Shown here in pieces: positions 1 through 14,014 of a stretch of 64,000 bases of DNA. Below the pieces are notes generated by a model. That model did no database searches. It had not been told where the DNA came from and saw only the letters and a list, made by a program, of their open reading frames with translations. The stretch lies in NCBI RefSeq assembly GCF_009914755.1, contig NC_060925.1; one strand, 5' to 3'. The first letter of the stretch is position 1. Each line of letters opens with the position of its first letter. A program made the translations under genes and the position numbers. The DNA is from the human T2T-CHM13v2.0 reference genome, Homo sapiens.

Positions 1-91
1 ATGACCCCTTATCATGAGTCTCCCAGGGTGCTGGCAGAGGGTGGGGGAAGACCTGGACTCTGAGCCACGGGCCGGGTCGTTTTTGCCTTAC

Positions 92-156
92 ATGTTAATC
101 CCGGGCATGGCGGGGCCGAGGGAGTTGGGTGGTGGTCTCATGCCGCTGCCGTAATT
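92..156 (-). CDS. SSBP3: SSBP3 coding exon (probably exon 10), NYGSGMRPPPNSLGPAMPGIN(M)
   Basis: 65 nt, phase 0/2; ttgcag|AAT ... AT|gtaagg. Confidence 0.96.
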
Positions 157-180
157 CTGCAACGATAACCAAGGGTCAGT
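157..180 (-). CDS. SSBP3: Candidate in-frame 5' extension of the 92-156 exon through an upstream acceptor, adding TDPWLSLQ
   Basis: TAG acceptor at 181-183 follows a 72-nt AG-free, pyrimidine-rich stretch with an ACTAAC branch consensus (249-254); 24 nt with no stop. Confidence 0.65.
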
Positions 181-783
181 CTATGAGAAGAAGGGAACCG
201 GAGACAGGAGGAGGGAGGAGAAACAAACAGACAAAACATAGTGAGAGGGTTAGTCTGTGAAAAGGATTGATGAGAAAAAATAATACATTCTTTCAAAAAC
301 GGTGGGGCGGGTGGGAACCAAGTCACAGGGACCACAATGACAAGCCAGCACAGAGGGACAGTCACAACATTCAGTGCATTTTCAGGAGCTTTCAAGATGA
401 AGTTCTCAAAAACATGTGGCTATCCAGCAAGCCGCTGCCCTCTCTGGGCTCCCATGATGTCATCCTGTACCTTCCCCCTGGGCTCAGGCGGGTAAGAGGG
501 GATGGACTTGGTCTTGGAACCCATTGAGAGGCTCTGAGGTGAGGAGGCAGGGAGGCGAGGGGTGAGTGTCAATGTGGATGGGAGCAGGCACTCCTGAGAA
601 GCCTGCCCGAGGCTGGTGCAGGCCCAGGCCTGGCACATACAGACACGCCAACCTGCCCCAGGTCCAGGTGGTAGTCCTACCCCACCCATGTGTCAGCATC
701 AGAGGCCCTCCACAGACATGATGCTGGGAAGCCGGAGAAAACTCCATTTCTGCACTCAGGGATCATCACTATGTGTGTGTGAG

Positions 784-1403
<620 letters not shown>

Positions 1404-1599
1404 AATGTTTGAGAGAAAAGTCTACACAGAACTCACGAAGTCCCAGCAGTCCAGATTCAGCTCAGGACGGCCCACTGAGGCACAGCGGGGTGGGTCAAGG
1501 CACCAGGCCTCGTATCACGCGCATCTCTTCCTATATAACCAGGCCAGTGTTGCTCGTGACCCTCTCTCCAAGTGTCATTTTCCCTGCAGTCATACATGC

Positions 1600-1935
1600 C
1601 TTGCTTCCCTGCTCCCTGCTTGGCAGGCTCCTACTCAGCTCCAAGAGCAGCTCCTCTAGGAAGCCCTCCTGACCCCACCCCTTCGGGCTGACTGCTCCAG
1701 CCCTGTTACTCCCACAATGCCTTCTAACCTCCCTCCCCCGCCACCATGCTACACTGGGTCTGATCATGGCCACGTGTCTGTCCATCTCCCATCTCTCCTA
1801 GTGGACTCCAAGTGCCCTTTGAAGGTGGGGCTGTGTCTTGATGATCATATACCCCCCACCCCATGCACCCAGTGGCACAGACTGGCACTCACTACGCTGG
1901 CACTGAAGCAATCAATGAAAGACCGAAGAAGGGAA
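1600..1935 (+). mobile_element. L2 3'-end relic
   Basis: cctctaggaagccctcctgacccc...ggcacagactggcactca...aatgaa resembles the L2 3' terminus; boundaries approximate. Confidence 0.6.
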
Positions 1936-2114
1936 TGCATGAAGACCAAAGGGAGCCTGGCTGCAGCTTAAGCTCTGCCCTTGTAGGAGAACTTGAAGTA
2001 GGTTGCTGGAATTTTGATGGCAAAGGAACAGCCAGCATTCACTGCCCTTTACTGAGTGCATGACACACTTTATGTACAGTCTCTTGTTTGATCTGTGTGA
2101 AAACTCCAGGAGGC

Positions 2115-2250
2115 TGGGATTGTTCCCACTTTACAGAAAAGGAGACTGAAGGTCTGAGGGAGAAAGTTTTGCCTCAAGTTGCAGTGAGCAAATGGACAGC
2201 TAGGATTTAAGCCTGGATCTGCCGGCCCCCCAGATTCTGTATGCTTAGCC
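2115..2250 (-). mobile_element. MIR relic
   Basis: cccactttacagaaaaggagactgaagg...ggatttaagcctggatctg matches the MIR core. Confidence 0.65.
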
Positions 2251-5200
2251 AAGAAACTGGCGGGAGGCGGGTGGGAAGGGGGACAGAATGGGAAGATGGA
2301 GACCTGGAGCCTGACACACACAGAGCCAATATTGGGCTGATAGTGGGTTCTGCATCCAGGGATCATCTTCCAAATCTCACCACCCTGGGGCCACCTGCTC
2401 CGCTTGCTCAGCCACAGAGAGGCTTGGAGTCTGGAAGGATGTCCAGACAGGATGCAGATGATCTCAGGAGCAACACCAGGCTGGCTGACAAAGAGCCAGA
2501 CCCGGAGCCAGAGAAGGCAGGCCCCGCCTCACCCTGTGGCTGCTCAGGGCATGGGCTTCAAGCAAACAGTGGCAGCCTTGTGGGAATGTGCTGGGGCCAA
2601 GCCCACTCTACCACAGGGTGAAGAGCAGAACTCGAGACCTGAGGTCAGAACACAGGAAGGCTGGCCTTGGCTTGGCTGCCTGCTGGTGACTTTGGGCAAA
2701 TTACCAAATGACAATAGTGCTTATTCCATGCCCACATGTACCACAGACTGTGTGTGCACTGCCTACAATAAATCGTCACAATGACCCCTTTCCTCCACCC
2801 ACTTTAGAGACCAGAAAACTGAGGTAGAGAGGAAGAATGACCCCACTGTGCAGTTGTGCGTGGCTGAGCTGGGGTGAAGCCCTGCAGCATGGCTCTGGCT
2901 TTAGACCCACAATCCCCTCTGCTGTGCTGCCTTGTCTATAAAATGGGGACAAAGAGCCCCATGTGTTTCCAACCTTGCAGGTCTCCAGTGGATCAAATGA
3001 AACAATGGTTCTGAAGTGCCCCGTAAGCCCTAGGAGGTGTGCACTGATTTGGGACGTCAGCAGCAGAACAAACACCAAAGCCCTTAATGCTACCGCAGCA
3101 TTGCAGAAGCTTGGGTCTCAAAGGGCCCTTTCTAATCCCCTCTACAAATCTCAGCCTCATCTCCCCACCTGCTGCTCCAGGACAAGCAGCTTGCCACCTC
3201 CCCAGGCCTATTCTCCACTGTGTGTACAGCCCAGCTGACTAGAGAGGTCTTCCAGATGGAGTTCTTTTCCAGGACTGCAGCCGCCTCTCCCATCCAAGAG
3301 AAAGGCCTGCATCTCAGAACAAGAGCAGAAGCCTGGTATGTCTCAGCACGGAGTGGGGTGAGAGGAGATGATAAGCAGGTGCTCACTCCATAGAGCCCTC
3401 TTGACATGCAGTACGCAGCGCTGAGCTGGGAGGCTCCAAGTGCACTATCCTGCCGCTCCTGACCCTGCCTGGCCTTCAGGAGCCTCTCCAAGAACCGGCA
3501 TGGCAGCTTCCTAGAGGGAGCTTCTCCACCAGTCCTGCCGCCTATAGAGGCACAGACCCTGGAGAGCCACTTGCACCTCATCATTTCATAGATGACAACT
3601 TGAAGGCCCAGAAAGCCAGAGACATGCCCAAGGCCACACAGATGTCAGGAGCGAGTAGCAGGCTGAAATCTGGTTTGCAGCGAAGTTTTCTCACATAGGG
3701 CAGGAATGCCCAGAAGTTCAGACTCAGTAGAAACGGGTTCCCTCTTTGGCCAGCTCCTGCCTGCCTGCCTGCAGCACCACGTGGCTGGAGGTGATGACGG
3801 TGAAGCTGTACAAGGGTCGGTTACCAACCAGGTATCCCTCTGCCACTGGCACCGCTCTGCAGGGGCAGGGACAGCTGGGCAGAGAGCAGGAGCCTCCAGT
3901 GCAGCCGTGGGGCTGGCCACATTCACAGGGGCCACTGTCTCAGCTTTGCACTCCGCCAGGTCCACAGTGAGAAGGGACCGAGCAGCTGTCTGGGGCTGCA
4001 GCCTGGAGGCGGTGGCTGCTGCTCCCTCCTGCCACATCCTCAGAAGGGCTTTCTAGGTGCCCACTGTTTAAACCTGGATCTGCTGGCCCCCAGAGTCTGC
4101 ATTCTTAGCCAAGCATCTTGCAGGAGGCAGGTGGGAAGGGAATACACACAGTGCTGTATTTCCCTTAGGGGATAGCTCTCCTAGTCTTTAGGACTCACCT
4201 ACCAGAGTGGATTTGAGGCTGTCCCAGCCATTTTCTGGGCAGCAGGGGCCTGGCCATCTCATGCAGGACCACCAGAGAAAGTTCCTCAAGGGGCCCTTTT
4301 CCTTCCTCACCAGCTCGGGGTGCTCAGGACCAGGATTAATGACCCACCCATCTCTTTTGGGGGCCTCTGCTCAGTGGCACTGAGCTTGGACTGGCCCTGG
4401 ATCAGCCCCAGGAGATGGGGGTGGCATAGGATTGTCCCAGGGGCTGTGGATTCTCCTTCATCTGAACTCTCAAATGCAGACAAACCAGGATAATGACCTG
4501 ATTCTACTCTGTCCTGGCTCCAGCCCCAGCCTGAATACCAGAAACAACAACAAGTCGGTGGCTCTCAGAATTGGCACCCCGGGGTCTGGGAGCCACCGCA
4601 CTTCTGGTGGGGGCTGGCATTCTCTCTACTAAGTCCAACCAGGAGCCCCTCAGTTTTAGCTTCGTCCTATTAGAATTCACTTTTGAAACACTAGGATAAG
4701 ACGTTACTACCTGATACTGACATACATAAAACTTTTTAGAAAGAAGAGTTCTAAGTGGAAGTACTATCTCCTTTCTGGCACTGGCACTTTACAAAACCAG
4801 AGTAAAATCTGTCTGAAGCACTGATGACAAAGGACAGGGTGATACCTGCGTTGCTGGTTCCTGTGAGACATTTAGGCTGACATGTGACACAGACTCACAA
4901 AATGCAATGTCACTCCCTTCGGTTTTGAAATAAAGTAGCCCTATGACCGACCACGCTGTACCTATTCTTTGTTCAGAAAGTTCTGGAGTGGTCACTGGCT
5001 AAAAGCAATCTAATTCCCGGCTGTGAATCACATGCCGATGGTCTCCCACCTTTGAGCCTGGTCTCAGCACAGCACTGTGTGTGTTGTGGTGCTTACTTTA
5101 TGCTGAAGGGGCTGGCCGCCCTTCCTGACAGCCCGGGCTGTGGCAGTAGGCAGGGCTCCCTCCCACAAGCTCAGGGCCTGCGGGAAGGGGAAGGGATCCA

Positions 5201-6220
5201 CAGGACACCATGTGGGGACTTCAAGTAACATTTCACAGCTGCTATTTCGCCCACCCTCCAGTAGCCCCATGAGGCCATCACTTGCTGCCCGTTTTGCAGA
5301 TGATAGACTGGAGGCCCAGCCAGGCTGAGCTGCTGTCAGGACTGTGCTTTCCAGAACTAAGTTCTGGGCTTGTCCCTGTCCTGTCCACAGGGCATCATCC
5401 TCAGGGGAGAGACAGAAATGGCCTAGGGAACAGGGAGAGTCTGCCCTCTCCCTACCCTCCACCTCAGAGTCCCAAACCACCAGGCTCTGCCGGGCCCAAG
5501 ATGAGCCCGTAGGTGACCACAGACCCTGTAATCCATCCTGCACCATCAACCTTGTCCGGGCCCAGTGCTACATCAATGCCAGGCTTTCCTGACCCCAGTG
5601 ATGGGCCAGTGCAGACACCCTGGGTTTCTTCAAGGGACGTTTGGCTCTGGGATTTAATACTCACCCTACCCAGAGGAGTATAGGAAACATGGGTGAAGCA
5701 CTTTAGGGTCTCCACATTGATAAAGTAAAATAAAGAGCAGGAGATATGCTTCCAGAGTTCCTGAGGTTGGCAAGGGTGTGTAACATAAATAAAGACGGGT
5801 GAGCCTCTCTCCCTCCCGCTGGAGACACTCCTAGGGTCTAAGGGGAGCTCTACCCCTTGTACACTGCTTGGGTGAGGCCAGGAGAGTCTCACTGCAGGGC
5901 CTCAGCCGCTGGGACCCTCACTTCTTTAAAGTGTGCCAAAGAGTGTGCTGGACTACGGGTCAGGGGCAGACATGATGAGACATCCACCACACCCAGAGGA
6001 AGTCCTGAACTGCCAGCACACCCTGCTGCTCTCAAATAGCCTGACATCTGTTCCCAGCCTTTAGAATCTCAGTGTTACGATGGTCCTAACAAACTGTTAA
6101 TGACTTTGCCAGAAAAAGAGAAAGAAGAAGAAATTAAAAGCAATCACCAAACCCAAGCAACTAGAGGTCTTAACATTGGTTTTCAGTCCCTAAAGTTGGA
6201 AAACACAAATAGCCTCCTTA

Positions 6221-6598
<378 letters not shown>

Positions 6599-7232
6599 TT
6601 AAAAAATAAAAATAAAATTTGATTCCTGTTAAAAGAAAAAAAAAAAGGGAACTGGACACTGGACCCTGCCCCTTCCAACAGCCCTCCAGGTCAGGCACAG
6701 TTCTTATTCCCATTTTACAGATGCAGCCGCTGAGCCTCTGAGGATCCATGGGCTGGGCGGTGGCATTCGATTTTCCCTCCTCAGATTCCATCCTCCTGAG
6801 TCACACAGATCCCATGACATCTGACAATCCAAGGCCACTGCTGATTTCTACACCAATAAAATGTGACTGCTGTGTGGCTTAGGCTGTGGGGAGGGAGAGC
6901 TGTATCTGACTCCGGAGAGGGGAAGCTCCGCTCCTACTCTGCCCCTTGCCCCCTTCCCTAGGCAGGCAGCCCTGCAGAGGTCAGCTCCAGGCGGCTGCCA
7001 GGCAGGAAGGGGCCACTCTGGCAGCTTAAAAGGAGCTAGCAGAAACGCGAACTTTGGAGGATTTGAGGAAGGAACACAACCAGAATATTGGAGCTGCAGC
7101 TGCTGTGGGCTTGCTTCCTTTTAGGATTATGGGGCTGGCAGAAGACAAGGACCTCCCTAAAATCTTTCAACACCACAGATGTTCCAACCACCACAGAGAA
7201 GAAAGCGGTGGCTTGGGCTTGCTGTAAATACA

Positions 7233-7350
7233 ATTCTGGGATGGAGCAGAGGGCTGTGGTTCTGTGGGGCGGATTCTGGGATGGAGCAGAGGGCTGTGGT
7301 TCTGTGGGGCGGATTCTGGGATGGAGCAGAGGGCTGTGGTTCTGTGGGGC
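7233..7350. repeat. 40-bp minisatellite, about 2.95 identical copies
   Basis: Unit ATTCTGGGATGGAGCAGAGGGCTGTGGTTCTGTGGGGCGG at 7233, 7273 and 7313. Confidence 0.97.
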
Positions 7351-8465
7351 AGACGCCTCTCCCTACAAAAGGGAGCACGTGTGGGCGGGAATGGGGGGGG
7401 CACTACTCCACCCTCAGGGGACCCAGAAACCAGTGCAGGGGGCCCAGAGCCTGAACACCTGCACGCAACCAAGGGAGTGACCAGTGCAGCAGACTCCAGG
7501 CAGAACAGAAAAGAAGGGAAAGAACACCTGAGAACAAGCCCCTTGCCTTATTCAGACTTCCAGCTTCCTTTAGTTAGGGGCTAGAGAATTCCCAAGGTGG
7601 AACATCGCGAACGCTCTGCCACGGCTACTATAGGAAACAGAACCACGTGCAAACACCCAGAGGGCTGGGGGTAAGCAGTGAGATGGTTCCACAGCAGAAC
7701 ACCTGTCAGCGCCAACACCTGTTGCTTGGACACCCCTACCTGGGGGAGCAGAGCTGGCCACGAGGGGCAACGACTTTGTTGTGACCGTAAGAGGTATGTG
7801 AGGGCACCTGAAATGCTTTCTTCCAATGGCTTATAAACTGCCCTTTGTGGCAGCGGAGCCCTCTGGTCAAAGAATCCCGGCTGAAGTGGGTGCTGGGGTC
7901 CTGCCAGCGTGGCCCCCTCCCACCAGAGAATCGCGGACACAGTCCTCATTTAACAGGTGGGGAAACTGAGGCCTGCTGGGGCCCACAGAGGTCAAAGTGT
8001 TTCATCCAAGGACAGACACATGCTAAGTCGCAGGCAGAGCTAGGAAGGCCACTCATCTGCGCCGCCTCTGGGACACAACCGATGGTGGCCCTAAGCCATC
8101 TCAAGTCTACCTCACCCAGGGGAGGCAGCTCTGGGGTTCAGGAGCTCCCTGCCCTTCTTCAGACCCCATGATAGGCTACCGCACCCCAAAAGGGTCTGCC
8201 AACTAGAAGGCCTCAGCTGTCCCCTTTTTCCTAGCTCCCTGGTGGGGGCCCTCAACTCTGCCTGCCATCTGCAAGGGGCTGCCCTGGGCAGCGCGTGAAG
8301 CCAGCCTGCCACAGGAAGCGGACAGGAGCAGGGGATGCGGCCATGCCCTTCCTCTCACCCCTGCGAACTGAGAGATGTGGGAGACTGACAGAGCATGGAA
8401 ACAGGAGAGAAGGCGGGTGCACACAGATGGCCAGGGAGACGGACGGACAGACAGGCGGTGGTTAC

Positions 8466-8542
8466 CTGTGGGCCGGGACCCATGGGCCCCATGCCTCGGG
8501 GAGGGTTCATTCTCTGCATTGATCCTCCCATGTTGGGGTGGC
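8466..8542 (-). CDS. SSBP3: SSBP3 coding exon (probably exon 9), (G)HPNMGGSMQRMNPPRGMGPMGPGPQ
   Basis: 77 nt, phase 1/0; cacgcag|GC ... CAG|gtaacc; 101-nt intron to the previous exon; frame is consistent. Confidence 0.97.
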
Positions 8543-8643
8543 CTGCGTGAGAGAGGAGGCGCGTCATGGGATGGCAGGAGTGGAGGGAGGAGGAGCCCCT
8601 CCTGGCATCCCCAGCCACCCTAGGCCCACCCTGCCCTCTCTAC

Positions 8644-8710
8644 CTTGTTGTCGTGTGGGATCCATAGAATTGGGCAGCAATGGCTGTGTCCCAGGAACTC
8701 CTCCCGGAGG
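8644..8710 (-). CDS. SSBP3: SSBP3 coding exon (probably exon 8), PPGGVPGTQPLLPNSMDPTRQQ(G)
   Basis: 67 nt, phase 0/1; tttcag|CCT ... AAG|gtagag; peptide visible in ORF 8564..8818. Confidence 0.97.
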
Positions 8711-9992
8711 CTGAAAGAGATGCAAGACACAAGCTGAGGAGCTGCTCCGGAGCTGCTGGCCATGGGGACAGGCATCTACCTGTCCCACCCAGTGCCCCGT
8801 GTGATCACGTGGAGCCACTCATGGCCTCCCTGAGACTTCTGCTGCCTGCCAGTGGGAGAAGGTTACCCCGGGCCTACCAGTCAGCTGGAAGTGGTGTTAG
8901 CTCTAACTGTGGCGTTGTTTTGGGGGCTCTGTGGGAGGGAAACCACCGCCTCATCCTGCTGTCTTGGGGTAGGGGGTCTGTGTACCTATCAGAGCTCTGA
9001 AGTGAGGCAGGAGACCAAGTTCTCTAGGTCTTGCTCTGGCTGTAGCACCAACCACCTTCCTCTCAGAGGCAGCAGTGCCCACTCCCTCCTTCTGCCCAAA
9101 CCCCATCTTGCCTTTGTCTCACAGACACATACCTCATTTTAGCTCTACTTCCAAATTACGGGGACTGAGACACCCACTACCTAAAATCCTATCGCTGTGG
9201 GAAGCCCCATTTAAAGGGGAAAAGAGGATGAGGAGGCTTTTAGGATTGAGATGGGGAAACTGAGGTCACAGGCCTGCGGGCTCCCAGTCACAGGTTGCAG
9301 AGCCAAGTGAGCACCCAGGTCACATCCCATCAGCTTCTACAATAGGAAATGCCACCCAGCCCCGGGGCGGGACAGGTGGCCACTAGGAGAGGGGCAGGGG
9401 TACTAGACGAGAACCCGGCTCCAGAGCTGGGGCCATCGGCGGTGCTGGTGTGGTTACTAATGAGAAGGTAAACACGGGGGCCACGGGTTTCCTGGGTGAA
9501 CACTTGCCCCACCCGCTGTGAAACCCTATGAAAAGCAATTTACTTGAGACTGAAGTTATTTCAGCTGCAACTGGAAAAAGAGAGTAGGAGTTGCTGGGGG
9601 GAAGTTTGCTTCTAGGACCTCATCCCTTAGGGCTTTATAAATACGAGCTTTTGCCTTCGAGAGGAAAAGCCTTTTGGCTGGTCATCTTTCCTCATCTGCA
9701 GGTGTCAGTGCTGATCAAAGGCTGGGCATCTGTGACAGGGGTCTGTCCTCAAGGGCCCCCAGCCCAGGCTGTGCTGCTGTGGGGGAGGCTGAGTGGGGAG
9801 CTCTCCTGCCTTGAGCTCAATAGTGAACTTCAAACCGGTTTTGGAACGAGGTGGTGGAAAGCGAAGGGACAGACTGTTCACTGATTTCCCTAGCTTCAGA
9901 ATGGAACAGGGGAGCGGGTATGTGCGGTTAAGGTACGAGAGGATTGTGTGAGGGCATAGGGAGTATCTGATGTTCACGAAGTAGAATTGGTA

Positions 9993-10453
<461 letters not shown>

Positions 10454-11605
10454 TAGCTCTGAATCACTTGGCTGGTTTGCGTCTGCCCACTGGGGGTTTG
10501 TGGTTTTTATAGAGTCCTGGTGACTCAGGAAGGCCTGCCTCTAAGGCTGTCTGGACTGGGGGATCCCAGGACATGGAGGTGGATGGGGGACCTTCAGGGT
10601 CATGAGTCACCCAGTGCAGGACCACCCCATCCAACCCAGACAGTGCAGCCATGGGGCTTGGCAGTCACTCTCTCCAGGTAGCCCAATGCTGACCACCAAT
10701 TCTTGGAGAAAGCTCCTCCTTGGATTCCTCTAACCCTCCTATGTGTCGGAACGCCAGGAGCAAAGCTGGGCTGTTCAGAGGCTCAGAGGGGACCTGGAGG
10801 TCGCGTCCCTCACTGAGGTGACCCTGAGACAGGGACAGACAGTCTGGGCCTCTTCTATCAGGGGAAGAAGGTGTGCAATGACCAAGGAAAGGGGTCTCAA
10901 ACTGAGAGGGCTGAAGCCCTCAAACTTAAGGAGGAAAAACAACGGCTCATATATGGGACCATAATTACACGCTGTGCACACACCCCTGGGGCCTACAGGG
11001 GAGCGAGTTGCTCTGGGGCTCCTGGACGGAGGCCAGCTCTTCTCCTACAGCACTGCATGTGGGGCAAGGCACAGGAAGCATCTGCCCAGGAAACGGACAA
11101 ATCCCTGCTGCATCCGCATGCTCTCTCACCTGCCCCGCCAGCACAGCCAGCCTGCCAGGTGGGACCTCTGCCGAGATGTGTGTGGGAGAGCTCTCTGACA
11201 ACCCTGGATTCCAGCCACTCTCTCCTAAACCCGGCTGAACTCCACTGTCACCACCCATCCAATCACCCGCACTTGAAAAAACAGCAACTCTCTATGCACA
11301 GCCTCTAGCCAGGGAGGCAGATGGGAGGCAGGCCTCGTAAGACCCTGAGGCCACATCACTGACCCTTTGCTTCTTGTTTCCCTAAGGGCCCTTTTCACTC
11401 CCCTCACCCAAAAGGCACATTCATAATGGCCTGTGAGCCCCAGCAAGTCCTCTAGTCTCGGCTCCCTTTACCCGTCACAGGAGAGAACTGAGCTAACTCG
11501 GGTGGCACAGGGCTTCTGTTAACTGGCAGACCCAACGAGGGCACTCTTCAAGAAAGCCCCAGGGTCAATACCTGTGGAAGGGGCACATCCCTCTTTGGAG
11601 GATAG

Positions 11606-11959
<354 letters not shown>

Positions 11960-12618
11960 CCAGTGTAGATTTCTATTGCGGGGGGGCGGGGGGGGGGTGG
12001 TTGGCAGGGAGGTTGGGAAAACTGGTGTGTAATACAAAGTACAGATGATGGATTTATCCCCCATTTGCTCTTGAGTGGTTGCTCATGCTTAGTTGCTGAG
12101 TAGAAATATACACACCCCTCTCCATATCCTTTAATTGCCAGAAGAAGGGCCACCACAATTATGATAAGGAAGTAGCTCCTTTCTTCCTGGCAGAGGCCAG
12201 TTTGGACCAAGAAGAGCTCCTGGGTGGGAAGGCTGCTGCTGGCGCCCCTATGTGCCACGGCAAAGCAGGCCCAGCGGTGATGGGTTAAAAACACAGATGG
12301 GGGCAGGAATCTTACATCTGTGAAAACTGAGGAAAGGGGTGGAGTAGAGTACAATTAGCACTGGGCTGGAACCAAGATCAACTCCAGCCCAGCTCACTTT
12401 GGGAAGTCACTCCTCCACTCTGACCTTTTGTTTCCTCATCTGTGATGTATCCAGGGATCCCTTCTTTTGCTCAAAAAGCTGGGTCTCTAATTCCTCTTGT
12501 CCAAATTTGTCCCCTTCATGTCAGAGAAAATAGAAAATGAAGGACTTTTGGAGAGAAAAAAAAACAAAATAAAAAGGTGGGAACCCGATAGGCAATTTAG
12601 CATTAAAGCTGGAGAGCT

Positions 12619-12917
12619 GGCCAGGCACGGTGGCTCACGCCTGTAATCCCAACACTGTGGGAGGCCAAGGCAGGCAGATCTCATGAAGTCAGGAGTTTGA
12701 GACCAGCTGGCCAACATGGTGAAAGCCTGTCTCTATTATAAATACAAAAATTAGCCGGGCATGGTGGCGCACACCTGTAATCCCAGTTACTTGGGTGGCT
12801 GAGGCAGGAGAACTGCTTGAACCCAGGAGGCGGACGGAGGTTGCAGTGAGCAGAGATTGCACCACTGCACTCCAGCCTGGGAGACAGAGCGAGACTCCGG
12901 TTAAAAAAAAAAAAAAG
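12619..12917 (+). mobile_element. AluS
   Basis: Full Alu dimer with A tail. Confidence 0.93.
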
Positions 12918-13954
12918 ACAATTGGAGACCCCTGGTAATGAGCATCTCTCCATAGTCCCTGCATCACCTCGCTCAGGAGCCTTCTTGCAGAGCCCTGAGA
13001 ATGAAAAGCATCACACTCAGACAATGCTAATTTAGCTGGTGACTAAACTCCCAGTTCAAAGGCAACAAGGGCTGGATGTGCTGGTGCTTCTGTCAGATTT
13101 TTTTGAAGGGCTTTTGCAAAGTCACCGAAATAATTCTGTTTTAAAAAATTGGGGCATAAAATTTCCCTGATGTTTCTCGAAAAGTTTCTTTTAAGTCTGT
13201 CTATCCTCAAAAGAGGCATCTATTCATATTTACCTCTGCAACTCCTCTCCTGCCCTGAACCAGGGAGGGTGGCATGGGGTCTGATTTCTCCAGACCACCT
13301 AGAATTGCCAACCCTAATGGGCCAGCGTAAGGCATATGACCCCAGGCAAAAATCCCTCCCCGTAATCAGACCCCTTTTCTAATTACACGAACAAATCCTT
13401 TCTTGTTTTGAGTTGGGTCTGGGAAGCAGGCAGACATTGCTGAAAAACTCACAAATCTCCTGCTCTGCTGCATCCAGGCTCCTGATCTAAGCATTCCTAC
13501 GGGCCATTTCCCCCCCTAATAGCAGGATTATATTTACCAGCCTTGGCAATTCTCAAAAGCTTCCAGGAAAAAATGCACATTGTCAATTAGCTTCATTAAG
13601 GAGGAAGACCCTCTTCCAAGAAGGGGGTAGAAGGGAGGGGCAGGGCATTACCATCTTCTCTAGAATAGCCGAAACCCTGCAATCCCAGATGCGCCTTAGC
13701 TCCATCTGCTGCCACCTTCTGAACTCTGGAATGGGCTGTCCAAAGGGCCATCTGGAGAGGCAGGTGAACTGCCGCACCATGGGCACAGCGGGGACATGGG
13801 GCCCTCTCTGGGGAACAGCTAGTAAGCTACCAGCCACGTTAAACCTGCCCCTCCACCCCTCAATCCTTTCCCTCAACTTTCATTTTGTGTCAAAGTCCAC
13901 CTAGGGCCAAGGATGGCTGAGGGAGGGGAGAGAGAACATGAAAAGGTACAGTAC

Positions 13955-14014
13955 CTGGTTTCCCATTCTGATCGGGGGCCTGGGGCCGCCTGCGTATCGC
14001 GGTGACATAAAAGG
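13955..14014 (-). CDS. SSBP3: SSBP3 coding exon (probably exon 7, cassette), [20 protein letters not shown]
   Basis: 60 nt, phase 0/0; ttgcag|CCT ... CAG|gtactg; SSBP-family PFMSPRY motif. Confidence 0.96.

Noticed and set aside
7233-7350. CRISPR-like appearance of the repeated units
   Set aside because: No unique spacers; a plain tandem repeat in eukaryotic DNA
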